Origin: Nitrospirota bacterium
GTDB lineage: Bacteria > Nitrospirota > Thermodesulfovibrionia > Thermodesulfovibrionales > Dissulfurispiraceae
NCBI GenBank assembly: GCA_963710375.1
Contig: CAVPZX010000002.1
Location: 544,001 to 608,000 of the forward strand
Reading direction: 5' to 3'
Length of the DNA stretch: 64,000 bases
Positions 51,109 through 60,499 of this stretch are shown here, piece after piece. A program made the translations under genes and the position numbers. Numbering within the stretch: the first letter of the stretch is position 1; each line of letters opens with the position of its first letter. The notes beneath the pieces were generated by a model. The model saw only the letters and a program-made list of their open reading frames with translations. It searched no databases and had not been told where the DNA came from.

Positions 51109-53028
51109 ATGGACAATGCGACAAAAATATTACTGGTTGAGGACAATTCCGGGGACGCCCGTCTGCTGGAAGAGATGCTTAAGGAAGCTAATATACGGTT
51201 CGAGATGCACTGCGTCGATAGATTGTCATCAGGGATTGAAAAACTAAAATCGGATGGCTTCGACATCATCCTGCTGGACCTCGGCCTTCCTGACAGCCAG
51301 GGGTTGCTTACGCTCACAAAATTGAATGGAATCAAACCTGAAGCTCCGATTATTGTGCTGACTGGTCTTCCGGATGAGGCCGTGGGTATCCAGGCCGTGC
51401 AGGAAGGTGCGCAGGATTTTCTTGTCAAAGGACAGGTTGATAAAAATCTGATAGTGCGCTCTATAAGTTATGCAATTGAACGCAAGAAGATACAGGGGGC
51501 GCTGCTGAAGTCCGAGGAATTAATTACAAGCATCCTCGAACATGTTGATGAGGGATTCATTATCATCGACCGTGACTTCCGGATCCTGTCCGCTAACATG
51601 GCATACTCCAAGATAGTCGAGATGCCTCTTGATAAGATAATCGGCAAGCACTGTTATGAAGTGTCATATAATTTATCCGCACCTTGTACCATAACGGTAA
51701 ATGATTGCCCGGTAAGAAGAGTATTTGAGACCCGGAAGTCCTGCTCAGCCATTCATAAGCATGAAGATTCAAAAGGACGCACAATTCATATCGAGAAAAA
51801 GGCGTATCCCTTCTCGAAAGATCCTTCTGGCGAGGTTATTACAGCGATCGAGACGCTTGTTGACATCACAGAAAAGCAGAAACTCGAAGAGCAGCTGCGC
51901 CAGTCCCTGAAAATGGAGGCGATAGGACAGCTGGCTGGCGGCGTGGCCCATGATTTCAACAACATCCTTACTGCCATTATGGGTTATGGAGGTTTTGCCC
52001 TGATGAACATGTCAAAAGACGACCCCCATCGGATAAATATCGAACATATGCTTGAGGGCGCGGAAAGGGCAGCGCACCTTACAAATGACCTGCTTCTTTT
52101 TAGCAGAAAACAGATTAGCGAAAGAAAGCACGTGGACCTGAACGAGATCATTAAAAAGATGGAAAAATTCCTGACAAGGATAATTGGTGAGGACATCGAA
52201 TGTAAAACCGCATTACATCCTGGAGCGCTGCCGGTCCTGGCTGATGCACACCAGCTTGAGCAGGTCATGATGAACCTTGCGACAAATGCGAGGGATGCCA
52301 TGCCGAAGGGAGGTGTCTTCAGTGTGACAACCGAAAGAATCAGGCTTAATAAGGAATTCATAACGGCAAATGAATACGGTCAGCCGGGCATGTATGCATT
52401 GATAACCTTTTCCGATACCGGCAAGGGTATGGACGAAACGACCCGGCAGAGGATATTCGAGCCCTTCTTTACCACAAGGGAACTGGGGAAAGGCACCGGA
52501 CTTGGGATGGCGGTAGTCTATGGCATTGTCAAAGGACATGACGGATACATTAATGTCTACAGCGAGCCTGAGCTTGGCACAACCTTCAAAATATACCTGC
52601 CGATGACTACCTTGCAAGGGGAACTGTCACTGGAATCAATCCAGCCCCTAGCGTTGGGGAAAGGCGAAACAATACTAATAGCCGAAGATGACCCAGCGGT
52701 AAGAGAAGTTCTCAGATTAAGCCTTGAAGAACACGGCTACATGGTAATAGAGGCTGAAAACGGAGAGGATGCGGTAAGACAATACAAGGACAATATAGAG
52801 AAGGTGTCCCTTGTCCTCCTTGATGTGATAATGCCGCTAAAAAATGGCAGGGAGGCATGTGACGAGATAAAGGGTCTCAAATCCGATGCAAAGGTAGTAT
52901 TCGTGAGCGGATACACTGACGATATTATTATGGGAAAGGGGCTGCTTAAACCAGACACTGAATTAATTACCAAACCGATCTCACCTGACAATCTCCTGAG
53001 AAGGGTTAGAAAAGTGCTTGACAGATAA
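51109..53028 (+). CDS. Hybrid histidine kinase REC-PAS-HisKA-HATPase-REC
   Basis: N- and C-terminal REC domains, PAS (GKHCYE), [19 protein letters not shown]. Confidence 0.92.
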   Translation: MDNATKILLVEDNSGDARLLEEMLKEANIRFEMHCVDRLSSGIEKLKSDGFDIILLDLGLPDSQGLLTLTKLNGIKPEAPIIVLTGLPDEAVGIQAVQEGAQDFLVKGQVDKNLIVRSISYAIERKKIQGALLKSEELITSILEHVDEGFIIIDRDFRILSANMAYSKIVEMPLDKIIGKHCYEVSYNLSAPCTITVNDCPVRRVFETRKSCSAIHKHEDSKGRTIHIEKKAYPFSKDPSGEVITAIETLVDITEKQKLEEQLRQSLKMEAIGQLAGGVAHDFNNILTAIMGYGGFALMNMSKDDPHRINIEHMLEGAERAAHLTNDLLLFSRKQISERKHVDLNEIIKKMEKFLTRIIGEDIECKTALHPGALPVLADAHQLEQVMMNLATNARDAMPKGGVFSVTTERIRLNKEFITANEYGQPGMYALITFSDTGKGMDETTRQRIFEPFFTTRELGKGTGLGMAVVYGIVKGHDGYINVYSEPELGTTFKIYLPMTTLQGELSLESIQPLALGKGETILIAEDDPAVREVLRLSLEEHGYMVIEAENGEDAVRQYKDNIEKVSLVLLDVIMPLKNGREACDEIKGLKSDAKVVFVSGYTDDIIMGKGLLKPDTELITKPISPDNLLRRVRKVLDR

Positions 53029-53415
53029 AGAAATAATTTTATTACCCCCCTTCAGTTGTCAATCAGAAGCCCTTTCAGTGTAAAACCTCCATTTAGTATT
53101 GTATTTTATCCAACTTTGGTGTCCGATGCTTCCATCTTATGCCTTTTTTCCAAGTTTCAATCACTGTCATTTCTTTCCAAAAAGTCTTCGACTTTTCGGC
53201 AGACCCTGGTCATTGTGAGCTAGGCGAAGTAATCTCTTAGTTTGTAACCAATTGATTTGTAGAAATTAATTCTACGCTCTACTCCTCGTAATTACATTAA
53301 AAATACTTTTTGCAATAGAATTTTTTGTTTTCAGTGAATCAGGTGCATTTTTTGCAATACATTTGACGAGTGTTACAAAATACATCTATAAAGTTAGTGA
53401 CTGGTAATTTGGAAT

Positions 53416-54660
53416 ATGGCGACAAAATTCAAACATATTGACGAACCTGATGTGCCAATCCCGGTCAGGCAGCTGGTCATTGGAACCAGAATGCCCTGTA
53501 ATGTATTTGTAAGAGAAAAAGAAGCTCTAAGGGTCTTCTTTAACAAGGACGACCTCTACACCACAGTGTCAGACAATATCTTGAGAGAAAAAGGCGCTTC
53601 CGAAGTCTTCATACATCAGAGCGACAGCATGTACTTCGACTTGTACCTTGCCGGTAACCGTTCACTAAATAGGGTCAGAAATGCCGACAGCGTGGCTGCA
53701 TTCAAAGAATATTCTTACCGCAAGGAACAGCACCATCAGATCGATACCACCCTGCTTGTTCCCGGCACAGAGATTAATTTCAGCCTCTTTGTCCTGGATA
53801 AGCTGAATTATTCTCCTGTAGTTGAAGCCTCTGACAATTCTCACGCTGTCATAAGCGAAAACATGCTGAACATAGCCGGTGATGTCGCCATAAATAAATG
53901 TGACGTGCCACGCTACCTTGAATATATTTCTGCGCTTCAGAAGTCCCCTGAATTGCTTGAAGGCAACAAAACTAAAATAAGAGCGTTCGTCCTCAAAGAG
54001 ACATCAAAGGCCATATTGCAGAATTTCCTTGCCGACCCAAAGAGCGGCGAGACCATAAAAGAGGTAAGCGGGCTGGTCAATGATATGATCGATTGCATCA
54101 TGGAGGACAGGGATGCAATATATGCATTGCTGTCCCTGAAAGGATACGATTATTATACCTATACTCACTCAGTCAATGTCGCCGCATTATCCATCGGTTT
54201 GGGCGTCGCAATAAATTTGAACCGGGAAGATACCGAGAAATTGGGGTTGGGCGGCATGTGCCATGACATCGGAAAGAGTCAGATCTCGCACGAAGTATTG
54301 AACAAGCAGGGCAGGCTTAACCCTCTCGAATACAATATCATCAAGAGCCATGTCCTGGAAGGCGAGAAAATAATGCGTGAACATAAAAACTTCCCCTCCG
54401 AGTCGTTCAGTGCCATATTGCAGCACCACGAAAAGCTGTCAGGCAACGGATATCCCTACGGCCTTAGCGGGCATGACTTAAACATCTTCGGAAAAATCGC
54501 TGCTATCGCCGATTGCTATGATGCCTTGACAACACGGCGTCCTTACAAAACAGCTTACACACCGTTTCATGCCCTTTCGATTATTTCCAAAGATACAGGC
54601 GACTACGATCCCGACCTGTTGAAAGCTTTTATAAAGATGTTGGGCAAGATACACCTCTAA
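53416..54660 (+). CDS. HD-GYP c-di-GMP phosphodiesterase
   Basis: YTYTHSVNV, HDIGK, HHEKLSGNGYP, ADCYDALTTRRPYK. Confidence 0.9.
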   Translation: MATKFKHIDEPDVPIPVRQLVIGTRMPCNVFVREKEALRVFFNKDDLYTTVSDNILREKGASEVFIHQSDSMYFDLYLAGNRSLNRVRNADSVAAFKEYSYRKEQHHQIDTTLLVPGTEINFSLFVLDKLNYSPVVEASDNSHAVISENMLNIAGDVAINKCDVPRYLEYISALQKSPELLEGNKTKIRAFVLKETSKAILQNFLADPKSGETIKEVSGLVNDMIDCIMEDRDAIYALLSLKGYDYYTYTHSVNVAALSIGLGVAINLNREDTEKLGLGGMCHDIGKSQISHEVLNKQGRLNPLEYNIIKSHVLEGEKIMREHKNFPSESFSAILQHHEKLSGNGYPYGLSGHDLNIFGKIAAIADCYDALTTRRPYKTAYTPFHALSIISKDTGDYDPDLLKAFIKMLGKIHL

Positions 54661-54756
54661 GGGCTCGCGGATAAATCAATTTGTTAAAAAAGAAATTATC
54701 AGGCAATCGGTCAGCAATTTTTTCTATGATCAGATGCTAAAAAAAGGAGGAATAAC

Positions 54757-54868
54757 GTGATACTCGATGATGTCAGGAAGATATCGAGGCAGAAAGGTGT
54801 GAAGACTGCTAAACATGAAGAAGGGTCAAATCATCAGGGCAATCCAGATGTCCGGAGGCTATCAATGA
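54757..54868 (+). CDS. Small Rho-N/SAP-like helical peptide (36 aa), apparently frameshifted at 54811-13
   Basis: Strong AGGAGG RBS; removing one A gives MILDDVRKISRQKGVKTANMKKGQIIRAIQMSGGYQ*, whose TGA overlaps the next ATG. Confidence 0.5.
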
Positions 54869-56226
54869 GCGAACAGTCTGATACGAACACGTGTTTTGCC
54901 CCCATAAATCCGGCGGCATCTTCTGTTGACAATCTTTTGCCTCCAGCAATAGCTCTGAAGGCCGAAAACGTTGGAGTTTTAAAGGCCAACCTCGACTTGT
55001 TTACGCTCCTGACGTTATCTATTCTTGCTGGGGCATTTATATCCTTGGGCTCGATTTTTTTTACTGCGGTAGTGGCTGGAAACGGAGTTGGCGGGTCTCT
55101 TAAACTACCTGTCGGCATTTTAAGGTTAGCGGGTGGGACTGTCTTCAGCCTTGGCCTGATTTTGGTGGTTATAGCAGGAGCCGAGCTTTTTACAGGCAAC
55201 ATCCTGATTATCATGGCTGCAGCCAGTAAAAAAATATCCATCAGGCTTGTGGCAAGAAATTGGGGGATGGCTTACGTCGGCAACATGATCGGCGCCATTG
55301 CAACGGCTTATCTGGTATTTGCCAGCGGCCATTACAAGTTAGCGGATGGCATCATAGGACTGCAAGCATTGGCAATCGCCAGCGCCAAATGCAAGATGCC
55401 CTTTATGGAGGCACTCATCAGTGGGATTTACTGTAACGCTCTGGTCTGCCTTGCCGTTTGGCTCTGCCTTTCCGGTCGTACGGTCATAGACAAAATCGGC
55501 AGTATAATCTTTCCCATCGCCGCTTTCGTCACCATAGGATTTGAGCACTGCGTGGCAAACATGTACTTCATTCCCACCGGTATCTTTATCAAAAACTACG
55601 CTGAACCAGGATTTTGGATAAAGACCGGCAATATTGCCGGCAATTTAGGAAGCTCCTATGAATCTCTTACGTGGAGTAATTTTTTTGTCGCAAACCTCCT
55701 GCCGGTGTCGCTCGGCAATATAATAGGCGGGCTCATGGTCGGACTTATGTACTGGATAATCTACAACCGTCCAAATACTTTAAACTTCGATAACCAAATG
55801 GAATTATTGAAAAAACTTATAGTTGTCGGCAGAAGGAAACACATTCGGTATACGGCGGAAGGGCATGTCACATTACACTCCGATTCGTGTTTTGCCAGGG
55901 GAAAGCTCTTCAATATAAGCGAAGGCGGTTTGTTATGTGCCATTAACAAGCAGGAGACCTACCTTCCCTGCAAGTTGGAGAAGATAATGTGCGATATAGA
56001 AAGTAACATGGAGGCGGGTACGACAATCACGGACCACAAACCTGATAAAATAAAGATTTCAGGCATTAATGCCCTTGTGGTCAACCTCGGCTCGGAAATG
56101 TTCAGTCAAATGACACTGGTATGGGTTTCGATTAAATTTATCAACCTCACACAGGAAAAGAAGAAGGAAATACTGGACTTTATTAAGGCGATACCCGACA
56201 AGGACAAACAAAACGGAAAAAACTAG
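54865..56226 (+). CDS. Formate/nitrite transporter (FNT) with a C-terminal PilZ domain
   Basis: GAELFTGN, CNALVCLAVW, GFEHCVANM, GNIIGG; tail has RKHIR (RxxxR) and NISEGG (NxSxxG). Confidence 0.88.
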   Translation: MSEQSDTNTCFAPINPAASSVDNLLPPAIALKAENVGVLKANLDLFTLLTLSILAGAFISLGSIFFTAVVAGNGVGGSLKLPVGILRLAGGTVFSLGLILVVIAGAELFTGNILIIMAAASKKISIRLVARNWGMAYVGNMIGAIATAYLVFASGHYKLADGIIGLQALAIASAKCKMPFMEALISGIYCNALVCLAVWLCLSGRTVIDKIGSIIFPIAAFVTIGFEHCVANMYFIPTGIFIKNYAEPGFWIKTGNIAGNLGSSYESLTWSNFFVANLLPVSLGNIIGGLMVGLMYWIIYNRPNTLNFDNQMELLKKLIVVGRRKHIRYTAEGHVTLHSDSCFARGKLFNISEGGLLCAINKQETYLPCKLEKIMCDIESNMEAGTTITDHKPDKIKISGINALVVNLGSEMFSQMTLVWVSIKFINLTQEKKKEILDFIKAIPDKDKQNGKN

Positions 56227-56317
56227 CCGCAAATAAATAACTTCCACATTGATGCATCCCTCCCGCCTGCCGGAGTTTTCGAGAAAACCGAAACAGCGAT
56301 TCCGGTATAATAAAGGC

Positions 56318-56821
56318 ATGCAACCATCCAGTCATAAAACAAATCCATCCAGGTATATTACCCCTGAGGGTCGAACACAATTAAGCGAGGAACTCTCATA
56401 CCTCTGGAAGGTAAAGCGCCCTCAGGTCACACAGGCAGTGGCCGAAGCCGCAGCCATGGGGGACCGTTCAGAGAACGCCGAGTATATTTACGGAAAGAAG
56501 CAGTTAAGGCAGATCGATTCCCGCATCAGGTTTCTCGCAAAGAGGATGAGCGAATTGATGGTCGTGAACAGGCCGCCTGATGATACGTCAAAAGTATTTT
56601 TCGGCGCCTGGGTCGAACTTGAGGATTCCGATGGGAACCTGTTCCGGTATCGCATCGTCGGTGCGGACGAATTCGATCTCAAAAAGGGTTTTATCAGCAT
56701 TGATTCTCCCATGGCAAAGGCGTTGTTGCGCAAAACCGAGGGGGAAGAAGTTGTGGTGAGCAGACCCCACGGTACTGAAGCCTTTGTGGTGACATCAATC
56801 CGCTATGAAATACAAAAGTGA
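56318..56821 (+). CDS. greB: Transcription elongation factor GreB
   Basis: YITPEG, GDRSENAEYIYGKKQLRQIDSRIRFL, ISIDSPMAKAL. Confidence 0.95.
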   Translation: MQPSSHKTNPSRYITPEGRTQLSEELSYLWKVKRPQVTQAVAEAAAMGDRSENAEYIYGKKQLRQIDSRIRFLAKRMSELMVVNRPPDDTSKVFFGAWVELEDSDGNLFRYRIVGADEFDLKKGFISIDSPMAKALLRKTEGEEVVVSRPHGTEAFVVTSIRYEIQK

Positions 56822-56876
56822 GGGAAGACTCCGGTGCATTCACTTGCCGGTTGCGAGATTTGGGGTATACTTTTAT

Positions 56877-57729
56877 ATGACGAAGCGAATAGTTATCAGA
56901 TTGTTGCCAATCTTTGCGCTGATGATTTTCTTATTCCCTGCGGCAGCAGGCGGTCATGAAGATAATGCCTCAGGAAATGCCGGAATTGTCGAGAGGACGG
57001 GTCAGAGTGTCCCGCTCGACCTGAACTTTCTTGATGAAGACGGTCGTATGGTCACGTTGCGCGAGTTGGTTACCAAACCCACTATACTTACACCCGTCTA
57101 TTATTCATGCAGCGACGAGCTGTCCGCTGATGCTGGGAGCACTGGCTTCCGTAATGGGAGAAGTCAAGCTTGAGCCCGGCAAGGATTATAAAGTAGTGAC
57201 GATCAGCATAGACAAAAACGATACGCCCGCAATCGCAAAGAGAAACAAGGGCAATTACATCAGGGCAAGCGGAGTTGCATTCCCGGCTGATGCCTGGCGA
57301 TTTCTAACAGGCGGAGAAGATAACATCAGCAGGCTCACCAAGGCCTTGGGTTTTAGTTATCGGCAGGAGTCCGGCACCAGAGCGGCTGGACCCGGCTCAC
57401 AAAAGGAATCTCAAGGGTTCGTCCATCCCACGGTGCTGATCTTTCTGGCGCCTGACGGCAAGATAATCAGGTACATCTATTATGGGCAATCACACTACGC
57501 ATCGCTCTCGCATGCTTCCTTTTCACCTGCGGATTTGACATTGGCACTCACCGATGCTGCACAAGGGAAAGTTCGGGCCGGTTCGATAAATCCTATACTC
57601 CTATGCTTCCCCGGCATATCCAGGAAGCAGGAAATATTCTATACACTGTTGTCGATAGTCGGTGTCTTAACGCTTCTTTGTGTAGCGGTCTTTTTTATTT
57701 ACCTGAGGAAGTCCGGAGGCCATCAGTAG
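56877..57729 (+). CDS. SCO1/SenC family copper chaperone, frameshifted at 57117
   Basis: Signal peptide; YYSCSD(g)SCP restores CxxxC when one G is removed; WRFLTG, FVHP, C-terminal TM. Confidence 0.82.
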
Positions 57730-57765
57730 AACTAACCCAATATTAACCTTTCAGTGTCTATCGGA

Positions 57766-58140
57766 TCAGTCTTCAACTTTTTCACGTTTCGGCCAACTCC
57801 TGATGACCTGAACAATTTCACGCACATATGCACATTCACATTTCACCTGACATGGGCGCAATTCATTTTTGTGCAGACAGTACCCCGGGCATTCTTCAGT
57901 GCCGTTAAGTCTTTCAAGAAATATTGGGCCACGGGATAAGTCTTCAAAATGCTCAGCAGGAACAGAAAAAGAGGTTCCGCATATGTGGGTGAATAGAAAG
58001 AGTCCAGTCATAAGTTCTTCAAAATTCGCTTGGTAGCCTATCATACGAAGTTTTGGATCACTAAGAAAAGACAGTCTTCCGTGCCATTCAAACCCGCACA
58101 TGGAGCACTTCTTGAATAATGTCGACTGTGGTTTGTCCAT
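57766..58140 (-). CDS. Cys-rich hypothetical protein
   Basis: CSMC, HICG, CPGYC, CQVKCEC; GGAG RBS right after the argF stop. Confidence 0.75.
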   Translation of the reverse strand: MDKPQSTLFKKCSMCGFEWHGRLSFLSDPKLRMIGYQANFEELMTGLFLFTHICGTSFSVPAEHFEDLSRGPIFLERLNGTEECPGYCLHKNELRPCQVKCECAYVREIVQVIRSWPKREKVED

Positions 58141-58144
58141 CTCC

Positions 58145-59053
58145 TTAGGGAGTAATCAGGAACTCAAGGAGTGCTTTTTCGGTATGCAATCTGTTTTCGG
58201 CCTGATCAAACACCGCGCTCTGAGGTCCATCCATAACCTCATCCGTTATCTCCTGGCCTCTATATGCCGGAAGACAGTGGAGGACTACAGCATCTTTTTT
58301 GGCGTGGCTGAGCAAAGCAGTGTTTATCTGGTACCCGGCAAACTGAGCTTTTCTATTTTCCGCTTCTTTTTCCTGTCCCATGCTCACCCAAACATCCGTG
58401 TAAACAATATCGGCATCAGCTACAGCCTCCACAGGGTCCCGCACAATGGTTATTGACCCGCCGGCGCTGCCCCGCGCCCTTTGGAGGATGTCAGGATGAG
58501 GATCGAAGCTATCAGGACAAGCGATAACCATATTGACGCCGGTAAGAGCAGACGCTTCTATGAGCGAGTTGGCAACATTATTGCCGTCTCCGATGTACGC
58601 CATACGTCTGCCCTTCAGGCCGCCCTTCCTTTCCATAATAGTCATTAGATCAGCCAGCGCCTGGCAGGGGTGATGAAGGTCCGAAAGACCATTGACCACC
58701 GGCACAGTTGCAAACGAAGCAAACTCCTCAACAGCAGAATGCGCGTAAGTCCTGAGAACAACGGCGGTGAGATAGCGGGACAGGACGCGCGCAGTATCGG
58801 CAATCGTCTCACCCCTTCCCAGATGTATTTCTTTTGGGTTGAGGTATAGTGATTGTCCTCCCAGCTGGTAGATACCGACTTCAAAAGATACCCTTGTACG
58901 AGTTGAAGGTTTTTCAAAAAATAGCCCGATGCTTTTGCCTATTAACGGGCATTTATGTGAGTCAGCGCCGGATTTCAGGGCCAACGCCCTTTCCAATAGG
59001 TGTTCGATCTCATTTTTTGTGAGATCATGTATTGCAAGAAGATCGCGTTTCAT
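58145..59053 (-). CDS. argF: Ornithine carbamoyltransferase
   Basis: STRTR, HPCQ, DVWVSMG, HCLP, QAENRLH. Confidence 0.97.
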   Translation of the reverse strand: MKRDLLAIHDLTKNEIEHLLERALALKSGADSHKCPLIGKSIGLFFEKPSTRTRVSFEVGIYQLGGQSLYLNPKEIHLGRGETIADTARVLSRYLTAVVLRTYAHSAVEEFASFATVPVVNGLSDLHHPCQALADLMTIMERKGGLKGRRMAYIGDGNNVANSLIEASALTGVNMVIACPDSFDPHPDILQRARGSAGGSITIVRDPVEAVADADIVYTDVWVSMGQEKEAENRKAQFAGYQINTALLSHAKKDAVVLHCLPAYRGQEITDEVMDGPQSAVFDQAENRLHTEKALLEFLITP

Positions 59054-60249
59054 ATCGATCGGCTCAGCAGTTCGTCAAGCAGTTCAGCAAGCACGTCCAC
59101 CTCTTTTTTCTCGACAATAAGCGGAGGGGTAAAACGCAGCACATTGCCGAGGCCCGCACAATTGATCAGGATACCCCTGTCAAGGCATGCCTTTACAATA
59201 GGCATCCCGTCCCTAGTAAGTTCCATGCCGACAAAAAGGCCCTTGCCCCGCACATCGACGATCTGATCAAAGGCTTCCTTAAGCTGCAGCAGACGTCCCC
59301 TGAAATACTCTCCCATTCTGACGCAGTGGTCCAGGACAAACCCGTCCTCGAGAATTGCCTCCACAGTAGCAATAGCAGCGGCACACGCCAGGGGATTGCC
59401 TCCAAAGGTAGAGGCATGATCGCCGGGCTTGAACGCTGCAGCAATTTTATCAGTAGTCAGCATTGCTCCTATAGGCATTCCTCCAGCGAGGCCTTTTGCA
59501 AGTGTCATGATGTCGGGGACCATATTATAATGCTCATAAGCAAAAAACTTGCCGGTCCTTCCCATTCCTGTCTGCACTTCGTCAAGAATCAGAAGGAGTC
59601 CGTGCTTGTCGCAGAGTTCCCTGACCTCGCCAAGATAGCTGTCAGAAGGTACGTTTACGCCTCCTTCGCCCTGTATGGGCTCGAGCATCACGGCACAGGT
59701 CTTAGCGGTTATTGCCTCTTTAAGCGAATGCATGTCGTTAAACGGGACATGCTTGAAACCCGGCATCAGCGGTTCAAATCCCTTCTGGATTTTGTCCTGA
59801 CCCGTTGCTGTCAGCGTAGCAAGTGTCCTGCCGTGAAATGATTTCAATGCAGTAATTATCTCATACCGTTCATGCCCAAAATGTTCTTTTGCATACTTTC
59901 TGGCAAGTTTAATTGCCGCTTCATTGGCCTCGGCGCCTGAATTGCAGAAAAAAACCTTGTCGGCAAAGGAGTTGGTGACGAGGAGCTTTGCGAGTTTTAT
60001 TTGAGGCTCGCTATGATAATAATTCGACACATGTATTAATCTTTGTGCCTGTTTTTGGATTGCAACGACGACCTTTGGATGGCAATGTCCGAGCACATTA
60101 ACAGCAATCCCCCCCAGGAAATCGAGGTATTCCTTGCCGTCAGCGCCCCAAACCCGCATCCCCCGCCCTTTTCTGAGCACAATGGGGAAACGGTTATAGG
60201 TATGCATCAGGTAATTCTCTGACTCTTCGATGACTTTTCGAGGTTCCAT
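59050..60249 (-). CDS. argD: Acetylornithine aminotransferase
   Basis: NSGAEANEAA, FHGRT, EPIQGEGG, DEVQTG, LAKGL, HASTFGGNP. Confidence 0.95.
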   Translation of the reverse strand: MEPRKVIEESENYLMHTYNRFPIVLRKGRGMRVWGADGKEYLDFLGGIAVNVLGHCHPKVVVAIQKQAQRLIHVSNYYHSEPQIKLAKLLVTNSFADKVFFCNSGAEANEAAIKLARKYAKEHFGHERYEIITALKSFHGRTLATLTATGQDKIQKGFEPLMPGFKHVPFNDMHSLKEAITAKTCAVMLEPIQGEGGVNVPSDSYLGEVRELCDKHGLLLILDEVQTGMGRTGKFFAYEHYNMVPDIMTLAKGLAGGMPIGAMLTTDKIAAAFKPGDHASTFGGNPLACAAAIATVEAILEDGFVLDHCVRMGEYFRGRLLQLKEAFDQIVDVRGKGLFVGMELTRDGMPIVKACLDRGILINCAGLGNVLRFTPPLIVEKKEVDVLAELLDELLSRSI

Positions 60250-60289
60250 AGGAGATGATAACACAGAGCCAAATAGCAGGGCAAATTAT

Positions 60290-60377
60290 AAGGCCGTGAA
60301 AAGTGAAACGTGAATCGTGAAACGTCTTTTATTTCCGGCCGTTGCCATTCACGTTTCACGGTTCACGGTTCACGGTT
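60290..60377. repeat. Inverted 7-mer tandem repeat hairpin
   Basis: aggccgtgaaaagtgaaacgtgaatcgtgaaacg ... attcacgtttcacggttcacggttcacggtt. Confidence 0.88.
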
Positions 60378-60499
60378 TTTAGCGGGCTTTTCAAACATAG
60401 CGGTTTTATATTATTATATATGCTCGGCCTTATCTATTGGTCATCATTTCCAGTTAAGGATTGTAAGCTGCACATTACAATTAAATATCGGAGGGTTTT

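Noticed and set aside
53175..53300. Possible riboswitch upstream of the HD-GYP gene
   Set aside because: No c-di-GMP-I/II consensus recognised; gtcattgtgagctaggcgaagtaatctc looks like a decayed REP-type repeat.
54700..54716. GG-N10-GC sigma-54 site before the FNT gene
   Set aside because: Only the dinucleotides match; flanking consensus bases are absent.
59032..59841. Long antisense or alternate-frame ORFs (also 37429-38094, 37926-38615, 38745-39446, 18695-19270)
   Set aside because: They shadow well-conserved genes and have no recognisable motifs.
177..60377. Short repeat arrays as CRISPR
   Set aside because: Units are 6-8 bp, contiguous and inverted, with no unique spacers and no cas genes.
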